From Ferrithrix thermotolerans DSM 19514 (GTDB taxonomy: Bacteria > Actinomycetota > Acidimicrobiia > Acidimicrobiales > Ilumatobacteraceae), in assembly GCA_945861325.1 (NCBI GenBank), contig CAMATY010000001.1, positions 1 through 51,741 on the forward strand: DNA of 51,741 nt, in the 5' to 3' direction. Shown here in pieces: positions 18,243 to 27,511 of the stretch. Each line of letters starts with the position of its first letter. Position 1 is the first letter of the stretch. Position numbers and translations under genes: made by a program. The notes under the pieces are model-generated. The model saw only the letters and a program-made list of their open reading frames with translations, did not search any database and was not told the DNA's origin.

Positions 18243-19657
18243 AGTTCTCGCAACTCTGCTTCGGGATCTGTTAGGAGTTCAGTTTCTAAGTCAATCTTGA
18301 GCGTTGAACGGTTCTGTGTCTCATACTTCGGCCAAGACACTTCTCCAGATTTGGCAAACGCCAAGATTTCAGTCGAAAGATGATCTGCGATCTGCTGGCG
18401 TTGTGGGCTGTCGCCCGTGAATAGTTCAACATTTGAAGCATTTATGTTGTCAAACATAAAAGGAAGATCTAGCGCGTGGCAACTTCCGAAGGCACCATCA
18501 AACACTGGCGTACACCAGGTGAACCAGTACATCCATGATCGTGCATTGCTGTTTGATCTGGTTTCGCACAACTCCCATGCTGGAGCCCTAAAGTTTTCGT
18601 CAGTTTGAAACGCAGCAACCATTTGCGACAAAGAATGGTTTTTACGGTGCCGTGAATAGATATCCCAAACTCGTTTTGCATCACTGCCAAACACATTCTC
18701 ATAAAAAAGCATTGCAGCGTCATTGGTTATGGTGAGGCTCTCTGGATGCAATACCGTCCACAGGCGATTCTCATCGTGATTGGTGCCAACTACAAGTGGA
18801 ATTCCAGAGTCCGCCGAGGCTCTGTAGATATCTAGTGGCAAGCCGACACCACCAACAGTCGGTGTAAAAGTAGAAATATAGTTATCTAAATCAACGAAAA
18901 ACTTTGCGGTTGCCTCAATCATCTGCGCAACAGTCAGACCGCGCAATTCGTCTATTGATTTGCATTCTGCAGAATTTAAATACTGCTCTAACGCCACATT
19001 TGCTTGATCTTTTGTGCGCAGTTGTCTTAGTGACGGGCTCATCGCCCACGCTTTTGTAATCAGTCCTGCTGTTAAGGGAGAAGCAGTCAATGCAACGACG
19101 CTGCTTCCTCCGGCTGATTCGCCAAAAATGGTCACATTAGAAGGATCGCCCCCAAACGCCGAGATATTTCGTTGTACCCATCTCAAGGCACTGATCTGAT
19201 CTAACGTTCCTAAATTATTGTCTCCGAGGAAGCCAAATGGTCCAAGTCGATAATTAATAGAAACTAAAACTACATCGCCACGACGAACAAGTGATGCGCC
19301 GTTATACCAACTTGTAGCGGCCGTACCGTTCGTATAAGCACCACCATGAATCCAAAACAAAACCGGCTTTAATTTCGCTGATGACGAGTCGCTAGTTCTC
19401 GGTGCCCAGATATTTAAGTAAAGACAATTCTCACTGGCAGGTACCGTCTTAGTGTTGAGTATCTCTTCCATGAAACCTGGTACTTGTGGAGACTGGGCTC
19501 CAAAATTTTGCGCCACGACTATATCTTTATAGGTCAAAACATCTTCCGGCTCGACGAATCGTTGTGCAGTTGCAAATTGAATTCCGAGAAACTCGCTTAC
19601 CCCATCGTCTAAATCGTTGCCACAAAATTGGCCTGAAGAATTTGCAATTGTTGCCAC
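18224..19657 (-). CDS. Type-B carboxylesterase/lipase family protein (477 aa, no signal peptide)
   Basis: HGGAY oxyanion region, nucleophile elbow GESAGG. GTG start. Confidence 0.9.
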   Translation of the reverse strand: MATIANSSGQFCGNDLDDGVSEFLGIQFATAQRFVEPEDVLTYKDIVVAQNFGAQSPQVPGFMEEILNTKTVPASENCLYLNIWAPRTSDSSSAKLKPVLFWIHGGAYTNGTAATSWYNGASLVRRGDVVLVSINYRLGPFGFLGDNNLGTLDQISALRWVQRNISAFGGDPSNVTIFGESAGGSSVVALTASPLTAGLITKAWAMSPSLRQLRTKDQANVALEQYLNSAECKSIDELRGLTVAQMIEATAKFFVDLDNYISTFTPTVGGVGLPLDIYRASADSGIPLVVGTNHDENRLWTVLHPESLTITNDAAMLFYENVFGSDAKRVWDIYSRHRKNHSLSQMVAAFQTDENFRAPAWELCETRSNSNARSWMYWFTWCTPVFDGAFGSCHALDLPFMFDNINASNVELFTGDSPQRQQIADHLSTEILAFAKSGEVSWPKYETQNRSTLKIDLETELLTDPEAELRELWTKVR

Positions 19658-19669
19658 TAGATCAGGTTA

Positions 19670-20326
19670 GTGAATCTTAAGTACGATATCTCTATGCGCA
19701 TTAGGAGATCGTCTAATTGGCGCTCAGATCTGCTCTCAAAATTATGGAGATGGATATCTATCAATGCAGCGATCGGCCCGACAAGTGTTCGCGGTAAACG
19801 ATTTGGAAGTTTTGGCGAGGGTTCAATCATTTTGTTTCCGACAACAACTATTTTCAACGAAAATTACATCCATATCGGAGCAAAAACAATGATCGGTGAA
19901 CATGTTGCATTATCTGCCGGCATGATGCCGGGCCAAAAATGCTTGACTAACCCCGTAGTGAAAATCGGTGATCGATGTTTGATCGGTCGCGGCTCAGGAA
20001 TAGTTGGACACTTGTCAATAGTTATCGGCAACGATGTTTGGACGGGTCACCATGTTTACATCACTGATCAGAGCCATGGATATGAAGATATCTCACGACC
20101 GATTTCCGAGCAGTCCCAACCAGAACGGGAAGTCTCAATCGGTGATGGGTCGTGGCTCGGTCACGGTGTAGTGGTATTGCCTGGAGCAAAAATTGGCAAG
20201 CATGTCGCTGTTGGCGCCAACTCAGTCGTCACTGGTGAACTGCCAGATTTTTGTGTCGCAGTTGGTTCACCTGCCAGAGTCATCAAGCAATACACGAATG
20301 AATCAGGTTGGCTAGCAACTATTTAA
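19670..20326 (+). CDS. Left-handed beta-helix (hexapeptide-repeat) acyl/acetyltransferase (218 aa; start uncertain, ATG at 19694 also possible)
   Basis: Hexapeptide repeats IGAKTMIGEHVAL, IGDRCLIGRGSGIVG, IGDGSWLGHGVVVLPGAKIGKHVAVGANSVV. Confidence 0.8.
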   Translation: MNLKYDISMRIRRSSNWRSDLLSKLWRWISINAAIGPTSVRGKRFGSFGEGSIILFPTTTIFNENYIHIGAKTMIGEHVALSAGMMPGQKCLTNPVVKIGDRCLIGRGSGIVGHLSIVIGNDVWTGHHVYITDQSHGYEDISRPISEQSQPEREVSIGDGSWLGHGVVVLPGAKIGKHVAVGANSVVTGELPDFCVAVGSPARVIKQYTNESGWLATI

Positions 20327-20850
20327 ATCGAAAGGTCTAATGGTGGCTTGCAGTTTGACATTTCATTATCTGCCGCAAAAGTCGAAATTTTTTCACTGAT
20401 CGGCAATCCCTTCAGTGGTGTTTCTGCGAATCTTAAATTGATTCCATTGCGCAGGTCGTTGGCGAAAGATCTTCTGTCGGCAATATATATTTCGTAGTCA
20501 TCAAGCCAAAGACCAACTATTTCAATTCCTTTGGGGTCTGATGGTAATGACGCTCTGAATTCGTTGACGAAAGATTCAATAGTGTCAGTAGCTTTATCAA
20601 CTAGCGTGGCTCGCTGTGAGAGAGCAGCAGCGCCCAAGTCATCAACAAGTCGATAATCAGCAAGTTCTAGCCGTTGCTGTTCAGCAATTAAACAACGGGA
20701 CTGAGATGCTTGCGCCCATTGCCTGTCTGCGAATTTATTGATCGCTTGTTTTGACGCAAAAAATAAACCATATATCCACATTGCGACAATTAGTGCGATT
20801 ACGACTATTAGCAGTGTTCTAGAAATAAGTTTCACAGCGTACCTCTGCAT
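20323..20850 (-). CDS. Hypothetical N-terminally membrane-anchored protein (175 aa)
   Basis: Single TM helix LLIVVIALIVAMWIYGLFF followed by a soluble region. No recognisable motif. It fills an otherwise non-coding gap in a compact genome. Confidence 0.5.
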   Translation of the reverse strand: MQRYAVKLISRTLLIVVIALIVAMWIYGLFFASKQAINKFADRQWAQASQSRCLIAEQQRLELADYRLVDDLGAAALSQRATLVDKATDTIESFVNEFRASLPSDPKGIEIVGLWLDDYEIYIADRRSFANDLRNGINLRFAETPLKGLPISEKISTFAADNEMSNCKPPLDLSI

Positions 20851-20901
20851 CAGAATTCATATAAACGATAGGCGAGAACCGACGAATGATAGAACTATGT
20901 A

Positions 20902-22713
20902 GTGATTATTAGTGTTGATTCTGACGTGACAACAGGCTCAAACACAACGGTTAATTCTCGCAAACGGCTTGGAGATGCACTTCGGCTGATCAAGTCAATT
21001 GTGAGTTTTCATCGCCGGTTATTTATAACGGCAGTGAGCGGTGCAGCAGTATTTGCGATTTGCACCGTCGCATCCTCAATTGGTGTGCGGTGGATGGTCG
21101 ACCGAGTTATTTTGGTTCGATTTAATGAGGGTCGGCTCGATGTTGGAGCATTGGTGACCGGCTCAATTCTGGTTATCGGAATTGGCCTGCTGCGGGCAAT
21201 TGGCGTAGTAGTGCGACGAAGCTTCGCGGGCAAAACTGAATGGCGAACTGCGGAGACAATTACAAATTCAGTCATTGATCATGTCGTTGCACAGCCTGTT
21301 AAGTGGCACCGGAAACTTCTGACAGGAGACATCGTCGCGCGATGTGGTGTTGACTCAGATGCCAGTGTCTCAATACTCGCACCATTGCCTTTTGCTTCAT
21401 CAGTAGTAGTAATGATGATGGTTGCATCGGCGTGGATGCTTTACGTTGACATTCCGTTGGGGATTCTTGCAGTAATTGTATTTCCGATTCTGCTGATGAT
21501 GAATATCTCTTATCAAAAACGCATTGATCGTTATTATGCGTTAGCCCAAGATGAACTCGGCAATCTATCCGAAGCAGTTCATGAAAGTTTTGACGGAGTA
21601 ATGGTGGTCAAATCATTTGGCGCCGAAGACCGCGAGACTGAACGCCTGTCGATCATCACTTCGCGGTTGCGAAATGCCCGAATCGAAGCAGTCAGTGTTA
21701 GATCAATGTTTGAAGCGGCACTCGATGCCATTCCATCATTGATCAATATCGCGCTGATTGTTTTAGGTGCAATGAGGGTGAAAAGTGCCGCGATGACAAT
21801 CGGCGACTTAACAAGTTTTATCTATCTGTTCACCCTGCTTGTCTTTCCGCTACGAATAATTGGCTATCTGTTTTCAGAGATTCCTCATTCAGTGGCAGGG
21901 TGGCGCAGAGTTCGAGAAGTTTTAGATGAGCCAATCGCAAAAGATCCAAATACGACTATTCAGATACCCAGTGCTGGCACCGCAATAGAACTTAAAAATG
22001 TCTGTTTCGATCACATTCCAGGAAATCCAGTGATTTCTAATTTGTCATTTAGTGTCGCTAACGGTCAAACAGTGGCCATCGTTGGTGCGACGGGTTGTGG
22101 CAAAACCACTTTGTTGCATTTGATAGCAGGCCTGATTGCCAGTGATTCTGGGGTGATTGCAGTGCAGCCAGGGGGCATTGGTCTCGTATTCCAAGAAGCA
22201 TTCTTGTTTGCCGAGACTTTGCGATTTAATATCACTCTCGACTCGCCAATTCTTGAATCTGAAATTACTCAGGCATTGATGGTGTCTGAATGTGACGAGT
22301 TCATAAACCAATTATCAGGTGGTCTAGATACTGCAATGGGTGAACGAGGGATCAATCTCAGCGGCGGACAACGACAACGGATAGCTCTTGCCAGGGCAGT
22401 CGCACACGGCCGAAGTGTGTTGTTACTAGACGATACGACATCAGCACTCGATCCAGCAACAGAAGCCCGCGTTGTAAAAAACCTTCGCGAACTTTCACAA
22501 AGAAATGACAACAAGATGACGGTTATCATCGTCGCATCTCGGCCATCAACAATTGCTCTAGCAGACGAAGTTTTTTATATGAAAGACGGGGCAATAATCG
22601 ATCATGCACCACATGACATTTTGTACGGGCGAAACGCTGACTATAGCGAATTGATAAATGCATTTGAACACGATCGTGATGCTGTGGGTCGTGTTGGTCA
22701 GGTGCAAAAATGA
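20902..22713 (+). CDS. ABC exporter half-transporter (TMD-NBD) carrying the degenerate Walker B and H-loop
   Basis: Walker A GATGCGKTT, signature LSGGQ (canonical), Walker B LLLDD-T (Asp instead of the catalytic Glu), H-loop position VASRPST (Ser instead of His). Confidence 0.9.
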   Translation: MIISVDSDVTTGSNTTVNSRKRLGDALRLIKSIVSFHRRLFITAVSGAAVFAICTVASSIGVRWMVDRVILVRFNEGRLDVGALVTGSILVIGIGLLRAIGVVVRRSFAGKTEWRTAETITNSVIDHVVAQPVKWHRKLLTGDIVARCGVDSDASVSILAPLPFASSVVVMMMVASAWMLYVDIPLGILAVIVFPILLMMNISYQKRIDRYYALAQDELGNLSEAVHESFDGVMVVKSFGAEDRETERLSIITSRLRNARIEAVSVRSMFEAALDAIPSLINIALIVLGAMRVKSAAMTIGDLTSFIYLFTLLVFPLRIIGYLFSEIPHSVAGWRRVREVLDEPIAKDPNTTIQIPSAGTAIELKNVCFDHIPGNPVISNLSFSVANGQTVAIVGATGCGKTTLLHLIAGLIASDSGVIAVQPGGIGLVFQEAFLFAETLRFNITLDSPILESEITQALMVSECDEFINQLSGGLDTAMGERGINLSGGQRQRIALARAVAHGRSVLLLDDTTSALDPATEARVVKNLRELSQRNDNKMTVIIVASRPSTIALADEVFYMKDGAIIDHAPHDILYGRNADYSELINAFEHDRDAVGRVGQVQK

Positions 22714-24506
22714 ATGAACCAAGTGGTCGATTCGTAACGGCGAAAACGATCAATCGCGGAGTAGGCATAGCTCCCGCACTTAGCAGTGGGTTAAGAGTTA
22801 CTTTCTTGCTATCAGTAGTTGGCTCGTTGGCACGTGTGGCCGTTCCGATTTTGATTCAGCAGAGCATTGACAACGGATTACAACCCGGCAATGTTCGCGT
22901 TGGTTATATCGCCGTATTGGGTTTGATTGCATCAGTCGCAGTGGTTTTGGCGGCTTGGGCACTTAGAACTGCTGTGTTGCGACTTGGCATTAGCGCCGAG
23001 CAAGGTCTGTACACGATCAGGGTCAAACTCTATGATCACATTCATCGATTGAGTTTGGCCGACCACAACGAAGAGCGACGTGGCGCACTCGTTTCACGAG
23101 TTACAAGTGACATCGAAACTTTGACGATGTTTTTTTCATGGGGTGCATTGGTCTGGCTGTTAGATGGTTCGTTGATGTTCGTAGTTGCATGCGTGATGCT
23201 TTCTTACGATTGGATTCTCGCTGTCGTTGCGTTTGCAGTTTCGGCGCCTCTGTTTCTAGTTTTAAGATCACTGCAGAAAAAACTCGTCGGCGCGTATGAT
23301 CTTGCTCGTGAGAACAATGCCGAGCTTCTTGGCACAGTCAGTGAACTAGTTTCTGGCACCGAGACACTTCGTGCATACCAAGCTCATGCACCAATGGTTA
23401 TGCGAACGAAAAAAGCAGTACGGGTTCGCGCGGACTCGCAAATTCGAGCAGGTGTAATCGGTGCATTCTTGTTTCCATCTGGCGAGGTGTTCGCAGTTTT
23501 CACGATTGTCGCCATAGTAACTTGCGGTGTCGTGCGCGGAGTCGCAGGCGGTCTGTCAGCAGGAGCAATGGTCGGATTCGTTTTTCTCACTTATCGTTTC
23601 CTAGAGCCGATTGCCGAATTTACTGAGGTCGTAGATCAAACTCAAACTGCAGTCGCAGGTCTACGAAGAGTGTTAAGTGTTCTAGACACTCCGACTGGTC
23701 CTGCCGCATCGCTTCACCCGACCGCGCTACCGAATGGTCCGATCAGTATTGAGTTTCGTGAAGTTAGTTTTGCCTATGGATCGCGCATTGACACTCAAGA
23801 TGATGATTTGCCGGTACTAAAAAATATTTCGCTAAAGATTCCCGCTCAGCAGCACATCGCCTTAGTCGGCGCGTCTGGTTCAGGCAAAACAACACTTGCA
23901 AGATTGATCGCGCGATTTGCTGATCCAACTATTGGTGCAGTGGTATTGTCCGGAGTTAATCTTCGCGAGATCGACAACGATCTCCTTCGTCAGCGCTTAG
24001 TCGTCGTACCTCAAGAGCCATTTTTGTTTGCTCAGACAATTGCCTATAACTTGCTGTTTGCTCGACCACAATCAACCAATGCTGAATTGATGTCTTCGTT
24101 TGACCGACTTGAATTAGGGGATTGGATTCGGACACTCCCACAAGGTTTAGAAACTAATGTTGGGCAGCGTGGCTCGTCGCTATCGGCAGGAGAAAGACAA
24201 CTTGTCGCTCTTGCCAGAGCAGCCTTGACGAACCCCGATGTTCTTATTCTCGATGAAGCGACTTCAGCAGTAGACGCTCTGACCGAAGTTCAATTAGCGC
24301 GTGCTCTTAACGCTATTTCTGCGGGGCGAACTACAGTGTCGATAGCGCATCGTCTAAGTACCGCGTCGCGCGCTGATCGAATTTTGGTGCTCGAGAACGG
24401 TGTCATTGTTGAAGATGGCTCACACTTGCAATTGATGGATAAACAAAGCAAATATTACGGTCTTTATCAGCAATGGCTCTCATCCTCAAATAGCCAGATG
24501 AACTGA
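22710..24506 (+). CDS. ABC exporter half-transporter (TMD-NBD) carrying the consensus ATPase motifs and the degenerate signature
   Basis: Walker A GASGSGKTT, Walker B LILDEAT, H-loop IAHRLST, signature LSAGE (non-canonical). 4-nt overlap with the previous gene. Confidence 0.9.
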   Translation: MNEPSGRFVTAKTINRGVGIAPALSSGLRVTFLLSVVGSLARVAVPILIQQSIDNGLQPGNVRVGYIAVLGLIASVAVVLAAWALRTAVLRLGISAEQGLYTIRVKLYDHIHRLSLADHNEERRGALVSRVTSDIETLTMFFSWGALVWLLDGSLMFVVACVMLSYDWILAVVAFAVSAPLFLVLRSLQKKLVGAYDLARENNAELLGTVSELVSGTETLRAYQAHAPMVMRTKKAVRVRADSQIRAGVIGAFLFPSGEVFAVFTIVAIVTCGVVRGVAGGLSAGAMVGFVFLTYRFLEPIAEFTEVVDQTQTAVAGLRRVLSVLDTPTGPAASLHPTALPNGPISIEFREVSFAYGSRIDTQDDDLPVLKNISLKIPAQQHIALVGASGSGKTTLARLIARFADPTIGAVVLSGVNLREIDNDLLRQRLVVVPQEPFLFAQTIAYNLLFARPQSTNAELMSSFDRLELGDWIRTLPQGLETNVGQRGSSLSAGERQLVALARAALTNPDVLILDEATSAVDALTEVQLARALNAISAGRTTVSIAHRLSTASRADRILVLENGVIVEDGSHLQLMDKQSKYYGLYQQWLSSSNSQMN

Positions 24507-25276
24507 TGAATTTAGATCTTAAACGTCTCAGTAATTTCAATCTGAAAATAGTCAGCGCCCTGTTGTTGATCATTGTTGTAGCGGCGTGTTCTCAAAATGC
24601 GCAACGAGATGCAGTGTGTGAATTGGCAGACCGTTGGAATGCCGCAAGTACTGCAGTCGCAGATATCACGACAAATATTGATGTCGTCAGTCCAGGTCGC
24701 CTTAGTCTGGCATTTTTTGAAGCCACGGACACTTTGGACACAATGACCGAAGTGGCGCCATCAAACATAAAATTTACGATCGATAAATTAGCAGAGACTT
24801 ATCGATCTTTTAGTGACGCTCTTGAACAACTTGATTGGAATGCAGTATTAATTAGCAAAGACGCAGCGGCAACAAGTGCTGCAGTGCGACTGGCAAGTGA
24901 TGAGATTGAGACTGCACAGAGCGACCTAGGAGAATACATCGACACAGAATGCAATATAAAAATTGACAACTTAATAAACCAATTACCCGATGTTGGTACC
25001 ACGCTGCCTGACCCAGTAATTCAGGATGAAACAAAAGAATTGCCAGATGTAAGTTTCGACAATGATGCAAGTTTGTACGGTGCGTTTGGTTCGTTAGCGA
25101 TAGAAAGATTCGGTATTGCGGTGACAGTTGAGCAAACCACATGTGTCGGAACTGGACTTGTCCAAAAATCGGTAATTAACAACGCTCAGTTAGATGCAAG
25201 ATATTGGTCAATTCTTCAAACAATCTTTGACGAATGCTTAGTTCCAATTAACATCGCCGAATTTCTCAATAAGTAA
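24506..25276 (+). CDS. Hypothetical lipoprotein (256 aa), translationally coupled to the ABC exporter
   Basis: Lipobox LLIIVVAAC-S. TGATG 1-nt overlap with the upstream stop. No recognisable catalytic motif. Confidence 0.6.
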   Translation: MNLDLKRLSNFNLKIVSALLLIIVVAACSQNAQRDAVCELADRWNAASTAVADITTNIDVVSPGRLSLAFFEATDTLDTMTEVAPSNIKFTIDKLAETYRSFSDALEQLDWNAVLISKDAAATSAAVRLASDEIETAQSDLGEYIDTECNIKIDNLINQLPDVGTTLPDPVIQDETKELPDVSFDNDASLYGAFGSLAIERFGIAVTVEQTTCVGTGLVQKSVINNAQLDARYWSILQTIFDECLVPINIAEFLNK

Positions 25277-25306
25277 CTGCAACAAATTTGGCTAGAGTGA
25301 GTGCAA

Positions 25307-25984
25307 ATGGAACTGCTTTTACTTCGACATGCGCAACCACTGTGGATCGACAAAGGTTTATGCGTCGATAATCCGCCACTAACCGACCTTGGTTTTAGAC
25401 AGGCTGAGTTGCTCGGCAAGCGGATGGCCAGGGAACACCTTGACCATATTTACGTCTCTCCGTTGCTTCGAACTCGCCAAACTGCTGAGCCGATTCTGCG
25501 AGAGTTAAAGCGAGACCAGGTCATAGAACCATGGCTTGAAGAGATTCGCAGCCCAATCTGGCACGGATCTCCTGGTGAGCGCGCCTCTGCGGCATACAAA
25601 GAAGAGCGCTTGCGGCCTGGAAGAGAACGATGGCACGGACTTGAAGGTGGCGAACCTGTCAAAGATTTCGTAGCACGAATTCATGCTGGAGCGGAGAAGT
25701 TTTTGAGCGATCGTGGCATATACAGAATTGAGCACGAACTACCGATTTGGCAGATTGAAAATCCAGGCGAACGAATTGCCTGTGTCGCCCACGCTGGAAC
25801 TAACAGCACAATTATTTGTCACTTATTAGGTTTGACTCCAACACCTTGGGAATGGGAACGATTCGTACTCGGCCACGCTTCGATAACAAGACTTGAAGCG
25901 TTGAAAATTGGAGACGGCTATGTTTTCGCTTTATCTCCGTTGTCAGACCTGGAGCACATTCCATCCGACGATCGCACTAACTAG
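25307..25984 (+). CDS. Histidine phosphatase (phosphoglycerate-mutase-like) family protein
   Basis: LLLLRHAQP (RHG-type motif) directly at the N-terminus and a late H in CVAHAGT. I prefer the ATG at 25307 to the GTG at 25301. Confidence 0.8.
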   Translation: MELLLLRHAQPLWIDKGLCVDNPPLTDLGFRQAELLGKRMAREHLDHIYVSPLLRTRQTAEPILRELKRDQVIEPWLEEIRSPIWHGSPGERASAAYKEERLRPGRERWHGLEGGEPVKDFVARIHAGAEKFLSDRGIYRIEHELPIWQIENPGERIACVAHAGTNSTIICHLLGLTPTPWEWERFVLGHASITRLEALKIGDGYVFALSPLSDLEHIPSDDRTN

Positions 25985-26010
25985 GTCTAAGTTCTACTAG
26001 TTGATTCAAA

Positions 26011-26040
26011 GGTGGCGGAGGATCTCACTTCTCCGCCACC
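26011..26040. terminator. Stem-loop GGTGGCGGAG-N10-CTCCGCCACC between convergent genes
   Basis: 10-bp perfect GC-rich stem read from the sequence. The flanking U-tract is only weak on the minus strand (TTTGAATC). Confidence 0.45.
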
Positions 26041-26059
26041 CGATTAATCGAGCGTGCAA

Positions 26060-27385
26060 TTACGGTTGTGGGAGCACATCCGTAATCTGACAAGCATCGA
26101 CAGCTTTTACAACTGGATAGGGGCTCACTGGCGCTCCACCTTTTGGATGAACTTCAAAGTGCAGGTGAGGTGAACCAGCAAAACCAGTTGAACCCATGTA
26201 ACCAATAATTTGTCCAGCCTTGACGACTGAGCCAACTGCAATCCCAGCGGCAAAAGAATCAAGGTGTGCGTAAAAGAAATAGGTTCCATCGGCAATGGTC
26301 AATCGAAGTGCGTTTCCACTTAACGCTGCATTGGCTCCGTACATTTTTGTGATTGATCCGTCGGCGACTGCATACAGTGCTAGTCCTTTGACGCCCATGA
26401 TGTCAACGCCTTCATGCTCTCGGCCACCAGGTCGAACCTCGCGCCAAGTGTCGGTAAAACTGCATCGACCCTGTGAAGGGAATACTTTGATCTGAGGTAT
26501 TCCAAGTGTTTCGAAATCAGGAAGTAATCCGAGAGCGATTGCTGTTGGCAGGTCAACTGCCGAAGTGACATTTAAACCCCGAGCAGTTTGAAATGCAGCC
26601 AACGAAATTGCAGTTGCTACTCCAAATATCGCATCAACTCCACCTTTGACTTCAATTGAATTGGCGATCAATCTTTCTTGCAATAGTCGAACGGCATCGC
26701 TTCGTTGTCCGCGAACCGGAAGAGTATCGATTGTCAACATTCCATTTGATGGTGCAACAGCAGGTATTGCCGCTGGAGCAGATGCTGCAGTTACGACTGA
26801 TTTTTCTTTTGTCTTGACTTCAGCAGGTTTCACAACAGCAGTTTTTGGAACTAATCCGAGTGCGACCGCGGTGGCATCATCGAGAACCTGCGTGATTGGA
26901 AGACCTTTGGCTGATTGAAACTTGGCAATAGCAATAGTTGTTGCTAACCCATAGATGCCATCAGCGCCACCCTTAACAGGAACTCCATTATTAATTAGCG
27001 CCTGTTGTAATGACCATACGGCTTCGTTCTTGGTGCCAACTGTTGGCATTGCCTTTGGATCAATTTGTTGTGGCGCGATCAATCCTAAGAACTTTGCAGT
27101 TCGCTCATCAAGCACACCTGTCGGTTTAAATCCAACTACCTTCTGAAAATATTTGAGTGTGCTCCGAGTTGTGTTTGAGAAGCTTCCGTCGGCACCACCC
27201 TTGAGGGTGAAACCACGAGAGATAAGTGCTTCCTGCAGCCGAATTACTGTGCTGCCTGAGTCGCCAAAAACTGGAAGCGCCTCGACTGCGGCGCTGGCTG
27301 GCGAGGAAACTAGACCGAGACTCAGAATCACTCCTGCGAAGCCTAGAACTATGAACTTTGAGACTTTTCCCTGTGACTTTGACAT
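26060..27385 (-). CDS. Secreted M23 (LytM-type) peptidase with three PG_binding_1 repeats
   Basis: Signal peptide ending ...SPASA-AV; three repeats of about 60 aa (LQEALISRGF..KGGADG.., LQQALINNGV..KGGADG.., LQERLIANSI..KGGVDA..); HEGVDI and HLHFEVH metal motifs. The ATG at 27385 is preceded by AAGGGAG, so I prefer it to the ORF start at 27433. Confidence 0.88.
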   Translation of the reverse strand: MSKSQGKVSKFIVLGFAGVILSLGLVSSPASAAVEALPVFGDSGSTVIRLQEALISRGFTLKGGADGSFSNTTRSTLKYFQKVVGFKPTGVLDERTAKFLGLIAPQQIDPKAMPTVGTKNEAVWSLQQALINNGVPVKGGADGIYGLATTIAIAKFQSAKGLPITQVLDDATAVALGLVPKTAVVKPAEVKTKEKSVVTAASAPAAIPAVAPSNGMLTIDTLPVRGQRSDAVRLLQERLIANSIEVKGGVDAIFGVATAISLAAFQTARGLNVTSAVDLPTAIALGLLPDFETLGIPQIKVFPSQGRCSFTDTWREVRPGGREHEGVDIMGVKGLALYAVADGSITKMYGANAALSGNALRLTIADGTYFFYAHLDSFAAGIAVGSVVKAGQIIGYMGSTGFAGSPHLHFEVHPKGGAPVSPYPVVKAVDACQITDVLPQP

Positions 27386-27486
27386 TTCTGCTCCCTTGTG
27401 AGATTCGAATAAGGGATCGGCAGTCGATTGCAAAACTTGAGAGAAATATCACTTAAAATCTTGGTCTAACCACTAAGAGTGGTGAT

Positions 27487-27511
27487 AAAAAACTTGGCGC
27501 TCTTAAAAGCC
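27487..27511 (-). terminator. Possible intrinsic terminator of the TetR-methyltransferase operon
   Basis: On the minus strand, GGCUU-UUAAG-AG(C)GCC is a short bulged stem followed by AAGUUUUUUAUC. Confidence 0.3.
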
